NCBI GenBank assembly: GCA_902580535.1
Contig: CACHKZ010000001.1
Span: forward strand, 10,498-74,497
Reading direction: 5' to 3'
Source: an uncultured Pelagibacteraceae bacterium
GTDB taxonomy: Bacteria; Pseudomonadota; Alphaproteobacteria; Pelagibacterales; Pelagibacteraceae
DNA length: 64,000 nucleotides
Of the stretch, positions 38,778 through 50,284 are shown one piece after another (the stretch's first letter is position 1; each line of letters starts with the position of its first letter). Below the pieces are notes generated by a model. It was not told where the DNA came from. It ran no database searches and worked only from the letters and a program-made list of their open reading frames with translations. The position numbers and the translations under genes were made by a program.

Positions 38778-39389
38778 CTATCTTAAATTTCTACAAATTA
38801 TAAAATTTTCCTTTGAGTCTTTTCTACTAGAGGGAGGCTTAAAAATATCCACTTGTTTAAATGTTTTTTTACCAAATGCGACAATCTCGTTGAAAGATGA
38901 TCCCATAAAAAGTTTAGAAATAAAAGTTCCTTTCTTATTTAGTAATTCAACAGCAAAATTCATTGCTTCTATGCATAATTCACCAGTTACAAGGGAATCT
39001 ACTGTTTTATTTCCAGTGGTATTTGCAGCCATATCAGAAATTATGAGATCTACTTTTTTTCCAAAATAATTTTGTATTTTTATTTTTTGATCATCTTCTG
39101 TGAAGTCTCCTTTTATATGAAATAAATTTTTAATAGGTTCTATATCTTTTAAATCTATTGAAATAATTTTAGAACTTTTAAAATTTCTAGATATATACTG
39201 TGACCAACTTCCAGGAGCAGCACCTAAATCAACAACTAAAGTGTTATTTTTTATTAATTTAAATTTTTCATTAATTTCTTGTAATTTATAAACAGCTCTT
39301 GATCTATATCCCTCTAACTTCGATTTTTTTACGTAAATATCTCTTTTTTGTTTAATAATCCAATTTTTAGAAAATTTATTTTTTTTCAA
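38778..39389 (-). CDS. rlmE: 23S rRNA U2552 2'-O-methyltransferase
   Basis: YRSRAVYKL, DLGAAPGSWSQ, SDMA, KPPSSR..SKE. Confidence 0.93.
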   Translation of the reverse strand: MKKNKFSKNWIIKQKRDIYVKKSKLEGYRSRAVYKLQEINEKFKLIKNNTLVVDLGAAPGSWSQYISRNFKSSKIISIDLKDIEPIKNLFHIKGDFTEDDQKIKIQNYFGKKVDLIISDMAANTTGNKTVDSLVTGELCIEAMNFAVELLNKKGTFISKLFMGSSFNEIVAFGKKTFKQVDIFKPPSSRKDSKENFIICRNLR

Positions 39390-40289
39390 TTAGTTCTCAA
39401 ATCTTAATGATTTTTCAATTATATCACCGTCAAGTGTTTTAATTTTAGAAATATAGTTTTTATCATTTCTAATAATATCATTATTTTTTCCAGCTAAGTG
39501 AATAATTCCTATTTCATGATTTGGTAAATATGGTTCAACAAAAGTATTTTGTTTTTTATCAAATCTTAATGCCTCAATAAGTGTCCAATTACAATAGGCT
39601 GGTAAAATTTCAACACCCAAATTATCTGAATATATAGTTATATTCATCGCTATTTGTTCAGAACCCCAAATCTTTCCTGACGATAATGCTTTTCTCAAAT
39701 TTTTTTGCCAAACCTCCCAGTGTGGAGCATTTTCCTCTAAAGAAAATAATCCAATATTTAAATGAGGTTTAAGAGCAACTTCTCTTGAAATTTTTTCTGA
39801 AAATCCAGATGATTTAGCATGCTTATAATTTTGCGATTTTATCCTTGCGAAACTCCCTATTACCCACTCTGCTCTTAGAACTCTTCCATAAGATCTATCA
39901 GCGGATGTAGCTATTGCTAATTTTTTATTTTCACATCCTTTTAAGTAAAGATCAATTGCGTACCATGAATTAACCCAAGCATCTGCATCTATCCATAGGT
40001 ATTTTTTATATCCAGGAAAATATTTAGGTAAATAAGCTCTTGATACCTGACTTTTTAACCACTCTCTTCCTTTCACTTTAAAATTTGGAACTTCTATATC
40101 CCACTCTGCCTTTTTGATTTTAAATACTTTTTTTTCTAAAACTTTTATCTGATCTTCAGTTAATCCAGCATCCATTATACATATATCTATCTGCTTACTT
40201 TGTTCAAATCTGTTTATTGAGTCTATTAATTCGTTTAAAAGATTAAAATAATTTGAGTCTGCTAACGAAATTATTGTATTTTCCTTCAT
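39390..40289 (-). CDS. GT-A fold glycosyltransferase-like protein (GT8-like)
   Basis: YLWIDADAWV (DxD), EQIAMN, CNW, IIHLAG. Confidence 0.65.
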   Translation of the reverse strand: MKENTIISLADSNYFNLLNELIDSINRFEQSKQIDICIMDAGLTEDQIKVLEKKVFKIKKAEWDIEVPNFKVKGREWLKSQVSRAYLPKYFPGYKKYLWIDADAWVNSWYAIDLYLKGCENKKLAIATSADRSYGRVLRAEWVIGSFARIKSQNYKHAKSSGFSEKISREVALKPHLNIGLFSLEENAPHWEVWQKNLRKALSSGKIWGSEQIAMNITIYSDNLGVEILPAYCNWTLIEALRFDKKQNTFVEPYLPNHEIGIIHLAGKNNDIIRNDKNYISKIKTLDGDIIEKSLRFEN

Positions 40290-41087
40290 TTATAACACAT
40301 CTTCATGATGATCAGTGTCATTGGTGATGATTTCCTTATTTTTTTTAATCATAACATAATGCGCTGAACTTATTGGCACCATTAACATGTAAATTAATCC
40401 TGAGACAATTATTGCATTAAACGTATATACGAGAATTAGGCCAAAATATAAGATTATTCCAAACAACAAAAATATTGAAGCACTTCTTGGTACAACAATT
40501 CTTTTAAATGAATAAGTTGGTATTTTACTTATTAATAATATTGAAATAACAATAAACATAATTGGCACAACCAATTGATAATTTAAGTTTAAAAACTTAA
40601 ATTCACTGATGCTTAGAATTAATGGCATTAAAACTAAAATACCACCTGCTGGAGAGGGTATGCCTTCAAAAAAATTATCTTTCCAAGAACTTTCTTCATT
40701 TGATGAAACATTAAATCTTGCTAGTCTAAGTGCAACACAAACTACATAAATCAATGAAATCAACCAACCTAATCTACCTATTTCTGATAAAGCCCAAAAA
40801 TACATAATAAATGCTGGGGCAACACCAAAACTTATCACATCAGTTAAAGAGTCTAGTTCTTTACCTACTTTAGAGGTTCCCTTAATCAATCTTGCAATTC
40901 TTCCATCTAACCCATCAATAATTGCAGCCACTATCACAGCAATAATTGACAACTCAAATTTACCATCAAATGCAAACTTGATCGATGTAAGCCCAATACA
41001 TACACCAATAAGTGTTAGAATATTTGGCAAAATTACTCTAGTTTTTTTATTTGAAACTAATTTGATATTTTTATCTTGTAAATTCAT
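40290..41087 (-). CDS. pssA: CDP-diacylglycerol-serine O-phosphatidyltransferase
   Basis: LPNILT, DGLDGRIAR...G.ELDSL.D, LRLARFN; follows psd. Confidence 0.9.
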   Translation of the reverse strand: MNLQDKNIKLVSNKKTRVILPNILTLIGVCIGLTSIKFAFDGKFELSIIAVIVAAIIDGLDGRIARLIKGTSKVGKELDSLTDVISFGVAPAFIMYFWALSEIGRLGWLISLIYVVCVALRLARFNVSSNEESSWKDNFFEGIPSPAGGILVLMPLILSISEFKFLNLNYQLVVPIMFIVISILLISKIPTYSFKRIVVPRSASIFLLFGIILYFGLILVYTFNAIIVSGLIYMLMVPISSAHYVMIKKNKEIITNDTDHHEDVL

Positions 41088-41091
41088 TAAA

Positions 41092-41736
41092 TTATTTTTT
41101 TGCAATTAAGGTTTCACCAGCTATAGTCTTTTGATCGACCTTAACTAAAGGATTGTAGTTTTCAAAATACATATCTGCCCTACTTCCAAACCTAATCATT
41201 CCTATTCTTGAACCTTGCTCTACAAGCTCGTCTTTAGAAACTTCAGTGACAATCCTTCTAGCAACTAATCCCGCTATCTGGACCACAATAATCTCTTCTC
41301 CATCGGGATTTTTTATTTTATAATAATTTCTTTCATTATCTTCGCTAGCTTTATCTAGTGATGCATTAAAAAATTTTCCAGGTTTGTAAAGTATTTCAGA
41401 GATTGCTCCAGAACATGGTGATCTATTAACATGGCAATCAAATACATCCATAAAAATACTTACTTTTTTCATTTGTTTATTTTCTAAACCAAGTTCCTTT
41501 GGGCCATTGGTATCTTTTACTTGCAGTACAACACCATCAGCTGGACTAGTAAGATAGTTATCATCTCCAATCGATGTTCTTTCAGGATCACGAAAAAAAT
41601 AGTAACACCAAATTGTTAGTAGCAACCCGATAAAGCCAAGAAAACCATTTATGAAATAAAGAATTATAGTTGTGATTGCAAAAATAATAATAAATTTGTA
41701 TCCTTCATTGTGTAATTTTGGAAAAATTTTATTCAT
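41092..41736 (-). CDS. psd: Phosphatidylserine decarboxylase proenzyme
   Basis: FFRDPER, SPADG, HVNRSP, QIAGLVARRI, IRFGSR. Confidence 0.93.
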   Translation of the reverse strand: MNKIFPKLHNEGYKFIIIFAITTIILYFINGFLGFIGLLLTIWCYYFFRDPERTSIGDDNYLTSPADGVVLQVKDTNGPKELGLENKQMKKVSIFMDVFDCHVNRSPCSGAISEILYKPGKFFNASLDKASEDNERNYYKIKNPDGEEIIVVQIAGLVARRIVTEVSKDELVEQGSRIGMIRFGSRADMYFENYNPLVKVDQKTIAGETLIAKK

Positions 41737-41814
41737 GACAATCCTATAATTGATAATTTTGAATTAATATGTATACAAAAAAGATAAATTCAACTATTAA
41801 GATACATCAAAAAA

Positions 41815-43029
41815 ATGAGTAAATTAAAGGTTAAAAATCCCATTGTAGAGCTTGATGGTGATGAAATGACTAGAGTCATATGGGACTTCATAAAAAATAA
41901 GTTAATCCTAACTTACCTTGATCTAAAAATTGAATACTACGATTTAGGAATGGAAAGTAGAGATAAGACTGAAGATAAAATCACTATAGAATGTGCTAAT
42001 GCAATTAAAAAAAATGGTGTTGGCATCAAATGCGCAACCATCACACCAGATGAAGCTAGAGTAAAAGAATTTAATCTAAAAAAAATGTGGAGATCGCCTA
42101 ATGGAACAATAAGAAACATTATTGGAGGAACTGTTTTTAGAGAACCTATCATTTGTAAAAATATACCAAAACTTGTGCCGTCTTGGACTGATCCGTTAAT
42201 TATTGGAAGACATGCTTTTGGTGATCAATACAGAGCAACAGATTTCACTGTTCCAGGTAAAGGCAAATTAGAAATTAAATGGACTGCTGAGGACGGAACA
42301 GATGAAAGAAAGTATGAGGTATTCAATTTTCCTGGTCCAGGGATCGCTTTATCTATGTATAACTTAGATAAATCAATAGAAGATTTTGCAAGATCTTGCT
42401 TCAACTATGGTTTAATAAAAAAATGGCCAGTGTATCTATCTACAAAGAATACGATTTTAAAAAGATATGATGGAAGATTTAAAGATATCTTCCAAGAAGT
42501 TTTTGAAAAAGAATTTAGAGATAAATTTGAAAAAAATAAAATTATTTATGAACATCGATTAATTGATGATATGGTCGCCTGTGCCATGAAATGGCATGGT
42601 AAATATATATGGGCTTGTAAAAATTATGATGGAGATGTTCAATCAGATACTGTTGCTCAAGGGTATGGATCCTTAGGTTTAATGACAAGTGTACTTCTTG
42701 CTCCAGATGGAAAAACTATGGAAGCAGAGGCTGCTCATGGTACAGTAACCAGACATTTTAGAATGCATCAACAAGGAAAAGAAACATCTACAAATCCTAT
42801 TGCTTCTATTTTTGCCTGGACAAGAGGTTTGGCTCATAGAGGAAAACTAGATGGAAACGAAGAATTGATAAAATTTGCAGAAACTCTTGAAAGAGTTTGT
42901 GTTGATTGCGTTGAAGAGGGTTCTATGACAAAGGACTTGGCTATTTTAATAGGTCCTTCAACCAAGTATCTTACAACTAATCAATTTTTAGATACAATTG
43001 ATGGTAAGTTGAGACAAAAATTAAATTAG
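41815..43029 (+). CDS. icd: NADP-dependent isocitrate dehydrogenase
   Basis: [43 protein letters not shown]. Confidence 0.97.
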   Translation: MSKLKVKNPIVELDGDEMTRVIWDFIKNKLILTYLDLKIEYYDLGMESRDKTEDKITIECANAIKKNGVGIKCATITPDEARVKEFNLKKMWRSPNGTIRNIIGGTVFREPIICKNIPKLVPSWTDPLIIGRHAFGDQYRATDFTVPGKGKLEIKWTAEDGTDERKYEVFNFPGPGIALSMYNLDKSIEDFARSCFNYGLIKKWPVYLSTKNTILKRYDGRFKDIFQEVFEKEFRDKFEKNKIIYEHRLIDDMVACAMKWHGKYIWACKNYDGDVQSDTVAQGYGSLGLMTSVLLAPDGKTMEAEAAHGTVTRHFRMHQQGKETSTNPIASIFAWTRGLAHRGKLDGNEELIKFAETLERVCVDCVEEGSMTKDLAILIGPSTKYLTTNQFLDTIDGKLRQKLN

Positions 43030-45684
43030 AGTAATCATTTTTTCAAAAGCTTCATCAATTTTGTCATTAAATTGTCCACCAGCTTGTGCAAAATCTTTTC
43101 TACCACCACCACCTTTACCGCCTATTACTTCAGAACCTGTTTTTGCAAATTTAACGGCGTCGTATTTATCAATCAATTCTTCTGTTACACCAACTGCAAG
43201 ACCCACTTTTCCATCAAGACTGGCAAATACAATAATTATTCCATTTTTTAATTCTTTTTTTCCTATATCAACTAATTTTCTAAGTTCTTTTGTTGGAAGA
43301 CCCTCAACTTTTTGAAATTTAATATTGATATTTTTAATTTTCTTATTTTGAATTTTATTTAAAGAATTATCATTTAAAATTGAGCTAAATTGTAATTGCT
43401 CTAATTGTTTTGATAAATCTTTAATTAAGCTTTTATTATCCTCATTTTCTAAATTTGGTTTACCACCTAGGTTAATAATTTGTTTTGATAGATTGTTAAT
43501 TAATTCCTCATCTTTTTGTGCAGATAGATCAGATAATTTTTCTTTATTTTGAAGAAAATTATTTAACTGATTATCTCTAAGCGCTTCAACTCTTCTAACG
43601 CCAGCAGCGATAGATGACTGGCTTATAATTTTGAATTTTCCAATGTCACCAGTATTTCTCACATGAGTCCCTCCGCATAATTCTGTAGAAAAATATTTTT
43701 CATTTTCATCACCCATTGACAAAACTCTTACTTCTTCTCCGTATTTTTCTCCAAATAGTGCAAGAGCTCCATTATCAACTGCTTCTTTAGGGGTCATTAT
43801 TCTTGTTTTGACTTCAGATTTTCTCTCTACCATCGAATTAACATGACTTTCAATTTTTTCAATCTCTTGTTCAGAAATTGGTTTCATGTGACTAAAATCA
43901 AATCTTAGTCTGTCTGGTGCAACCAGCGATCCCTTTTGAGTAACGTGTGTCCCTAATACTCTTCTAAGGGATTCATGAAGAAGGTGTGTTGCTGAATGAT
44001 ATGCCCTTATATTATTTCGTCTATCAACGTCAATTTTCATTTCAACATTATCTTTGATTTTTATACTTCCAGATTTTACTTTTCCGTAATGTACAAATAA
44101 ATCTCCTAATTTCTTTTGTACATCAGATATTTCAAATTTGAAATCACCAGAAATTATTTCTCCAGTATCTCCAACTTGTCCACCAGATTCACCATAAAAA
44201 GGGGTTTGGTTAACAATAATTATTCCCTCATCATTTTCTTTAAGCTCTTCTACCTCTTTATTATCTTTTAATAATGAAAGAATAATTCCTTCAGCCTGAT
44301 CTGTCTCATATCCCAAGAACTCTGAAGGTCCTAATCTATCTTTAATAGAAAACCATATATCATCAACAGTACTATCTCCTGATCCTTTCCAATTTTTCTT
44401 GGCCAGTTCCTTACTTTCTTTCATTAAACTCTGAAATTTTTTAATGTCGATAGTTAAAGATTTATTTTTTAGAATGTCTTGAGTGAGGTCTAGTGGAAAA
44501 CCATAAGTATCATACAATTTGAAGGCTACTTCTCCAGGCAATATTTTATCAATTTTTTCTATTTCATCATTTAAAATTTTAATACCTCTATCTAACAATA
44601 CTAAAAATTTCTCTTCCTCCATCTTTAATGTTTCTTTAATTAAAGACTCTGCTCTTTCTATTTCTGAATAATTTCCTTTCATCTCATCTTTGAGCGTTTT
44701 AAATATGTTATAAAAAATAGGTTCTTTCGAACCTAGTAAATGAGAATGTCTCATTCCTCTTCTCATTATTCTTCTCAAAACATAACCTCTGCCTTCATTT
44801 GATGGCAAAACTCCCTCAGCAATTAAAAAAGAACTTGCTCGTAAATGATCAGCAATTACTCTAAAGCTTGCTAAATTGTCGTCATTTGGTTTAACTTTTA
44901 AAATTTCTGATGCTGAATTTATTATTTTTTTAAAATGGTCAGTTTCGTAATTATCATGAGTTCCTTGAAGTAATGCAGCAATCCTTTCAAGACCCATGCC
45001 AGTATCGACTGAAGGTTTTGGTAAATTTACTCTTTTATCTTTTGAAATCTGTTCAAATTGCATAAAGACCAAATTCCAAATTTCTATGTATCTATCACCA
45101 TCCTCATTTTTTGTTCCAGGCAAACCACCTTCAAGATGATCACCATGATCATAAAAAATTTCAGAGCATGGTCCACATGGTCCTGTTTCACCCATAGACC
45201 AAAAATTGTCTGAAGTTGCTATTCTAATAATTCTATCTTCACTTAAACCAGCGATTTTTTTCCAATAATTAAATGCTTCATCATCTTCATGGAACACAGT
45301 TACATACAGTCTATTTTTGTCTAAACCAAAGTCCTTAGTTATTAATTTCCAGGCAAGCTCAATAGCTCTTTCTTTAAAGTAATCTCCGAAAGAGAAGTTG
45401 CCTAACATTTCAAAAAAAGTATGGTGCCTTGGGGTGTAACCTACATTTTCTAAGTCATTATGTTTCCCACCTGCTCTTACACATTTTTGTGAAGTTGTAG
45501 CTCTAAAATAATCTCTCTTTTCTAACCCAGTAAAAACATTTTTAAATTGAACCATCCCTGAATTCGCAAACATCAATGTTGGATCGTTATTTGGAACCAG
45601 ATTACTAGACTCAACTATTTTATGATCGTTTTTCTCAAAATAACCTAGGAATGCTGATCTAATTTCATTTAGTGTTTTGGCCAT
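43021..45684 (-). CDS. alaS: Alanine-tRNA ligase
   Basis: [48 protein letters not shown]. Confidence 0.98.
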   Translation of the reverse strand: MAKTLNEIRSAFLGYFEKNDHKIVESSNLVPNNDPTLMFANSGMVQFKNVFTGLEKRDYFRATTSQKCVRAGGKHNDLENVGYTPRHHTFFEMLGNFSFGDYFKERAIELAWKLITKDFGLDKNRLYVTVFHEDDEAFNYWKKIAGLSEDRIIRIATSDNFWSMGETGPCGPCSEIFYDHGDHLEGGLPGTKNEDGDRYIEIWNLVFMQFEQISKDKRVNLPKPSVDTGMGLERIAALLQGTHDNYETDHFKKIINSASEILKVKPNDDNLASFRVIADHLRASSFLIAEGVLPSNEGRGYVLRRIMRRGMRHSHLLGSKEPIFYNIFKTLKDEMKGNYSEIERAESLIKETLKMEEEKFLVLLDRGIKILNDEIEKIDKILPGEVAFKLYDTYGFPLDLTQDILKNKSLTIDIKKFQSLMKESKELAKKNWKGSGDSTVDDIWFSIKDRLGPSEFLGYETDQAEGIILSLLKDNKEVEELKENDEGIIIVNQTPFYGESGGQVGDTGEIISGDFKFEISDVQKKLGDLFVHYGKVKSGSIKIKDNVEMKIDVDRRNNIRAYHSATHLLHESLRRVLGTHVTQKGSLVAPDRLRFDFSHMKPISEQEIEKIESHVNSMVERKSEVKTRIMTPKEAVDNGALALFGEKYGEEVRVLSMGDENEKYFSTELCGGTHVRNTGDIGKFKIISQSSIAAGVRRVEALRDNQLNNFLQNKEKLSDLSAQKDEELINNLSKQIINLGGKPNLENEDNKSLIKDLSKQLEQLQFSSILNDNSLNKIQNKKIKNINIKFQKVEGLPTKELRKLVDIGKKELKNGIIIVFASLDGKVGLAVGVTEELIDKYDAVKFAKTGSEVIGGKGGGGRKDFAQAGGQFNDKIDEAFEKMITLI

Positions 45685-45733
45685 ATATTGCCAAAATACA
45701 GCATTTTTATATGATGTCTACACTTCTGAAGGG

Positions 45734-45761
45734 AAAAAAGGCGCCCAATTGAGCGCCTTTT
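45734..45761 (-). terminator. Intrinsic terminator downstream of recA
   Basis: Minus strand AAAAGGCGC-loop-GCGCCTTTTTT. Confidence 0.8.
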
Positions 45762-45783
45762 CTTAATAACTAAAAGTTATCTG

Positions 45784-46908
45784 CTAATTTTTTTTAGTTG
45801 GAACTTCTTCCTCTTTTTTCTGAGCCTCAACCTTCTCTTCGCTTAAAGGGTTTCCCTCTATCTTTTTTGAAATGACGCCTGCTTTTTCTCTAATAGCCAT
45901 TTCAATCTCAGCTGCAGCTTTTGGGTTTTGTTCAAGGTAAAGTTTAGCGTTCTCTCTACCTTGACCAATTTTTTCCCCTTTATAAGCGTACCAAGCTCCT
46001 GATTTTTCTACAATCTCAGCTTTAGCACCAAGGTCGATTAGTTCCCCTACTTTACTAATTCCTTTTCCATACATTAAGTCAAATTCAACTACTTTAAATG
46101 GTGGAGCAACTTTATTTTTAACAACTTTAACTCTTGTTGTATTTCCAATTATTTGTTCTTTATCTTTAATCGCACCAATTCTTCTAATATCCATTCTGAC
46201 TGAAGAATAGAATTTCAAAGAATTACCACCAGATGTTGTTTCTGGGCTTCCAAACATGACACCAATTTTCATTCTAATTTGGTTAATAAATATAACCATT
46301 GTATTAGTTCTTGATATTGATCCTGTTAATTTTCTTAGTGCTTGTGACATTAGTCTTGCCTGAAGACCAACATGATGATCTCCCATGTCTCCTTCAATTT
46401 CAGCTCTTGGAGTTAATGCAGCAACTGAATCAACAACAAGCACTGACATTGAGCCAGACTTAATTAAAGTATCCGTAATTTCTAAAGCTTGTTCACCTGT
46501 ATCCGGTTGTGAAATAAGCAGTTCTTCAGTATTAACACCCAATTTTTTTGCATAAACTGGATCTAATGCATGCTCTGCATCAACAAATCCACAAATTCCA
46601 CCAGCTTTTTGTGCTTCAGCAACTACTTGCAAAGCTAATGTAGTTTTTCCAGATGACTCTGGTCCATAAATTTCAATAATTCTTCCTTTTGGTAAACCAC
46701 CTATCCCAAGTGCTAGATCAAGACTTAAAGATCCAGTTGAAATAGACTCAACATCCATAGCCTTTTGCTCTCCAAGTTTCATTACAGAGCCTTTTCCAAA
46801 ACTATCTGTAATTTGGCTAATTGCTGCGTCTAACGCTTTATTTTTTTCCTTATCTTCCAAATCTTTGTCTTTAGCGGTTTTCACCACTTTTAAGTTATTT
46901 TTAGTCAT
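45784..46908 (-). CDS. recA: Recombinase A
   Basis: [38 protein letters not shown]. Confidence 0.99.
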   Translation of the reverse strand: MTKNNLKVVKTAKDKDLEDKEKNKALDAAISQITDSFGKGSVMKLGEQKAMDVESISTGSLSLDLALGIGGLPKGRIIEIYGPESSGKTTLALQVVAEAQKAGGICGFVDAEHALDPVYAKKLGVNTEELLISQPDTGEQALEITDTLIKSGSMSVLVVDSVAALTPRAEIEGDMGDHHVGLQARLMSQALRKLTGSISRTNTMVIFINQIRMKIGVMFGSPETTSGGNSLKFYSSVRMDIRRIGAIKDKEQIIGNTTRVKVVKNKVAPPFKVVEFDLMYGKGISKVGELIDLGAKAEIVEKSGAWYAYKGEKIGQGRENAKLYLEQNPKAAAEIEMAIREKAGVISKKIEGNPLSEEKVEAQKKEEEVPTKKN

Positions 46909-46958
46909 TTTTTGCCTTTTTTTTTACGTTTTTTAACAATCGAATCATGTAAATAAAT

Positions 46959-46973
46959 GTACACATTTTGTTC
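46959..46973 (-). promoter_or_regulatory. Alphaproteobacterial LexA (SOS) box upstream of recA
   Basis: Minus strand GAAC-AAAATGT-GTAC (GAAC-N7-GTAC), about 50 bp upstream of the start. Confidence 0.75.
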
Positions 46974-47016
46974 TCATTAGCAATATCTTTTTAGATTTAA
47001 GTGAAAAAAGCTCTAT

Positions 47017-48315
47017 TTATCTAAGTTTTAGGTATTCGCTGTTTAATAAACCAGCTGACTTTAACAATCTGTATTGTGCTAATAAATAGTTTCTCTCGGC
47101 TTCTGCGAGATTTATTTTTGCGTTTATTAAATTTGATCTTGATTGAAGCACATCAAAAGTTGATCTGTTTAAACCACTCTCATATTCAAAACTAATTCCC
47201 TCATTTGCAATTTCGGCAGCCTTAACTTGAGATTGAACAGCTCTTAAAAGACTTTTAGATGACTCTAAAGTAGACCAAGCAGCAGTAACACCTTGGGTAT
47301 TATTTCTAAAAGCATTTTCAAGTAACAATTTTTTCATACCTTTTACTTGAAGATTTTTGTTAATGCTAGATCTATTCTTTCCACCAAATTGAAAAGGCCA
47401 ACTGACTGTTGCTTGAAGAACATCTTTTTCTCTCTCATCATAAGTAGCACTCAGGTCATCAGTATATGATCTTTCAAGAGAAAGTTTTGCGGTTGGTGAT
47501 AAATCTGATCTTGCTATTTTTACATCTAATTCAGACTGTCCATACTCTATTTCTGCAATTATAAGATCTGGACTTTTTTGTTCAGATATTTTTTTTGCTT
47601 CAATCAAACTTGTAGGTATTTGCACCTCTGAATTATATATTTTTTTTAATTTTTCGTTTGTATTTATTGGTCCAATTATATTTTCGTAAGTCAATTTACT
47701 GGTAATAATATTATTTTGCGCTCCAATATACCCAGCTTGTGCACCTGAAAGAGAAGATTGTGACTGTGCTAGGTCAGTTGCAGTAATTTGGGCTCTTGAT
47801 AATCTAGCATTATCTATTTCAAACTGTCTTTGTAGTAAATTTACATTTTCTTGATTTATACTTAATTTTTCATAAGCAAGTATTAAACCTGTATAAGCTT
47901 CAATTGCTTTCATAAAAACATCTTGTTCTTTTTTAATAAGCTTGGCCTCAGAAAGGTTGAGACCCAACTTGCTTTTTTCATACTTAGTACTTCTAGCACT
48001 ACCATCAATTAAAGTTTGCTCTAATTTGACTGATGACGTCATTGTATCTGTATCTGTGATTGATGCATCAGATCCATCTTGATTTGTAAGTTCATTAGTA
48101 TTTTCAAAATTCTTAGTGCCAGATAAGGTTAATGTTGGAAAAAAATCACTTTTTGAAATATTTAAAACTTCCTTTTGAACTTCCAAGTTTTTTCTCTCAG
48201 CTTGTAACTCTAAATTATTTTGAAAAGTAATTTTTAGTGCATCACTTAAAGTTGCTGCACTAGCTGTTAGCTTAAAAAATATTAAACAGAAAACTAATAA
48301 AGATATTTTTTTCAT
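47017..48315 (-). CDS. TolC family outer membrane protein
   Basis: Signal peptide; two OEP repeats (SDFFPTL / SDLSPTA), G.RSTFDVL. Confidence 0.88.
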   Translation of the reverse strand: MKKISLLVFCLIFFKLTASAATLSDALKITFQNNLELQAERKNLEVQKEVLNISKSDFFPTLTLSGTKNFENTNELTNQDGSDASITDTDTMTSSVKLEQTLIDGSARSTKYEKSKLGLNLSEAKLIKKEQDVFMKAIEAYTGLILAYEKLSINQENVNLLQRQFEIDNARLSRAQITATDLAQSQSSLSGAQAGYIGAQNNIITSKLTYENIIGPINTNEKLKKIYNSEVQIPTSLIEAKKISEQKSPDLIIAEIEYGQSELDVKIARSDLSPTAKLSLERSYTDDLSATYDEREKDVLQATVSWPFQFGGKNRSSINKNLQVKGMKKLLLENAFRNNTQGVTAAWSTLESSKSLLRAVQSQVKAAEIANEGISFEYESGLNRSTFDVLQSRSNLINAKINLAEAERNYLLAQYRLLKSAGLLNSEYLKLR

Positions 48316-49238
48316 TTGTTATATTTTATTGATTTAATTTGATGATTTCTATTTAAATTTAGCACGATTGAGGAATATTTTGGAGCAAATTTAAACATAT
48401 TTTGAGTAACCCTTTGGTATGTCTGCATAAATTTTAATACTTCATTTTTATCCATTACTTTACTGTTTGCCTTATTTTTTGAGTTTAATTTTAGTAGTGC
48501 CTCCTGTTTAAGTCTCCAAGTTTGTAATAATTTAAAATTTCCAGCTTTTAAAAATAACAAGCAGTCTAATTTTGAAAATAGTTTTTTATATTTTTTTTCT
48601 AATTGATAGTTTACAAATTTTCTCCATTTTAAATCTTTATCCTCTTTTCTCTCAAGAGAATTTATAGCTTTTTTTAAAGTTTTTTGTTTTTCTGCCCTAG
48701 CCCCTACACACCAACCCTCAAAAATTATGACATCTGGTACTCTTTTTACTAAATACCAAGACTTTTTTTTTTGTCTGTCATCAATAGCCTTATTGAATTT
48801 AGGAATTCTGTACTTAATAAATCTCTTGCTCTTTGTTTTTTTTAAAAGATTAAACATATAGTTTACATCATGAGTTCCTGGGACTCCTCTGGTCTTTAAT
48901 AGTGGATGAGTTGTTTTTGATAACTTGATTCTATTTTTTCTGGTTTTGTATAAATCATCAATAGAAATTTTAAAAACATTAAGTTTAAAATATTTTGTTA
49001 GAATGATTTTTAAAATTGAACTAATAGTTGTTTTTCCAGTTCCTTGCCCTCCTGCCAAACCAATTAAGTAAGGTTTAGATTTTTTTGCTTTATTTGAAAT
49101 CCAGAAACTTATTGGAATTAGAAAAGTTTTTATCATTTTTTCTTTATTTTTAAATTTTTCTTTGGATGTTTCTTGAGATTTAATAAATTTAAAACAATCT
49201 TTGCTTACTTTTTTATAACAATCTACAACTAGTTGCAT
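48312..49238 (-). CDS. P-loop kinase, D-glycerate 3-kinase (GLYK)-like
   Basis: GGQGTGKTT, SIDDLY, TRGVPGTHD, IFEGWCVG, WRLKQE. Confidence 0.75.
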   Translation of the reverse strand: MQLVVDCYKKVSKDCFKFIKSQETSKEKFKNKEKMIKTFLIPISFWISNKAKKSKPYLIGLAGGQGTGKTTISSILKIILTKYFKLNVFKISIDDLYKTRKNRIKLSKTTHPLLKTRGVPGTHDVNYMFNLLKKTKSKRFIKYRIPKFNKAIDDRQKKKSWYLVKRVPDVIIFEGWCVGARAEKQKTLKKAINSLERKEDKDLKWRKFVNYQLEKKYKKLFSKLDCLLFLKAGNFKLLQTWRLKQEALLKLNSKNKANSKVMDKNEVLKFMQTYQRVTQNMFKFAPKYSSIVLNLNRNHQIKSIKYNK

Positions 49239-49246
49239 AAAAAGAT

Positions 49247-49615
49247 TTATTGTTTTTGATCAAGGGGATGGTTTTTACCATCATTTACTGGTACATCATC
49301 AATTTCGAATGGCTCCACACCTTCTATGCAAGCAATATTTACACCATATATTTTTGGATTACTTCTAGGCCTGTTATGAGTGTGAATTCCACAGATAGAA
49401 CAAAAATAATGCTTAGCTGTATTAGTATAAAATTGATAAAGTGTTAACTTATCCTCTCCTTTTGTAAGTTTAAAATCATCAGGTCCAAGCACTCCTATAA
49501 TGTAACCTTTCTTTTTACAAATTGAACAATTACAACGCATGATTTTTTCAACACCACCTATTGGAATTTTAACTTCGGCTTCAATTGCTCCACAGTGACA
49601 AGTTAACTTTTTCAT
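49247..49615 (-). CDS. GFA (glutathione-dependent formaldehyde-activating)/CENP-V family protein
   Basis: CHCG, CNCSIC, HYFCSICG. Confidence 0.88.
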   Translation of the reverse strand: MKKLTCHCGAIEAEVKIPIGGVEKIMRCNCSICKKKGYIIGVLGPDDFKLTKGEDKLTLYQFYTNTAKHYFCSICGIHTHNRPRSNPKIYGVNIACIEGVEPFEIDDVPVNDGKNHPLDQKQ

Positions 49616-49635
49616 ATTTTAATCTCCTATTAAAA

Positions 49636-50118
49636 TTATTTATTAATAACTTTTAAATATTCTCCGTATCTTTTTAAACTTTCCTCTGGCCATATTTTTT
49701 TAGGATCATACATCTTTTCAAAACAAATTACATCATCTGTAAGGTTCAGCCATGGGTCTTTATCTTTTGTAAAAATATGCACTTGTGGTGGAAAACTTTC
49801 TGAATTATCTAAAGTTTTAGTTCTAACTGTTAATCTACCAACGGCTGAGGCATAATCAGTATAAATATAAGTTCCACACTTGGTGCAAAAATATGCATTA
49901 GAAGTGGCGCCACTTCCTGCTTTGAGTTCTGTTGATGCTACTTCTCCTTCTATAATTAAAGTGTTGTCTAAGACGCTTGTATTAATAACATAAGAAGACC
50001 CAGTTATAATTTTGCAATCTTTACAATGACAAGCTTGCGTGAATAAAGGTTTGTCAGTAATTCTATATTTAACTTGACCACAAATACATCTTCCAGTTAA
50101 GCTTTCTTTTTTTTCCAT
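49636..50118 (-). CDS. GFA family protein
   Basis: GRCICG, CHCKDC, FCTKCG. Confidence 0.88.
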   Translation of the reverse strand: MEKKESLTGRCICGQVKYRITDKPLFTQACHCKDCKIITGSSYVINTSVLDNTLIIEGEVASTELKAGSGATSNAYFCTKCGTYIYTDYASAVGRLTVRTKTLDNSESFPPQVHIFTKDKDPWLNLTDDVICFEKMYDPKKIWPEESLKRYGEYLKVINK

Positions 50119-50148
50119 TTATTATATTCAAACTATTTATGGTTAAAG

Positions 50149-50157
50149 TTATCCACA
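50149..50157 (+). promoter_or_regulatory. Consensus DnaA box in the gfa/umuD divergent intergenic region
   Basis: TTATCCACA. Confidence 0.45.
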
Positions 50158-50265
50158 TGTATACAACATGTGGTTTCGATGTTCACGTTTTGATTCACTT
50201 TTGATTCAGTTACAGACTCAAAATACAACCTGATTGACACTATTGAATAACTTAGATATTAATTA

Positions 50266-50280
50266 GAACAAAATAAGAAC
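50266..50280 (+). promoter_or_regulatory. LexA (SOS) box upstream of umuD
   Basis: GAAC-AAAATAA-GAAC (GAAC-N7-GAAC), 4 bp before the ATG. Confidence 0.82.
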
Positions 50281-50284
50281 ATTT

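Noticed and set aside
50119-50284. Possible chromosomal replication origin
   Set aside because: Only one consensus DnaA box in a short region, none of the usual origin-flanking genes, and the LexA box explains it as the umuDC promoter
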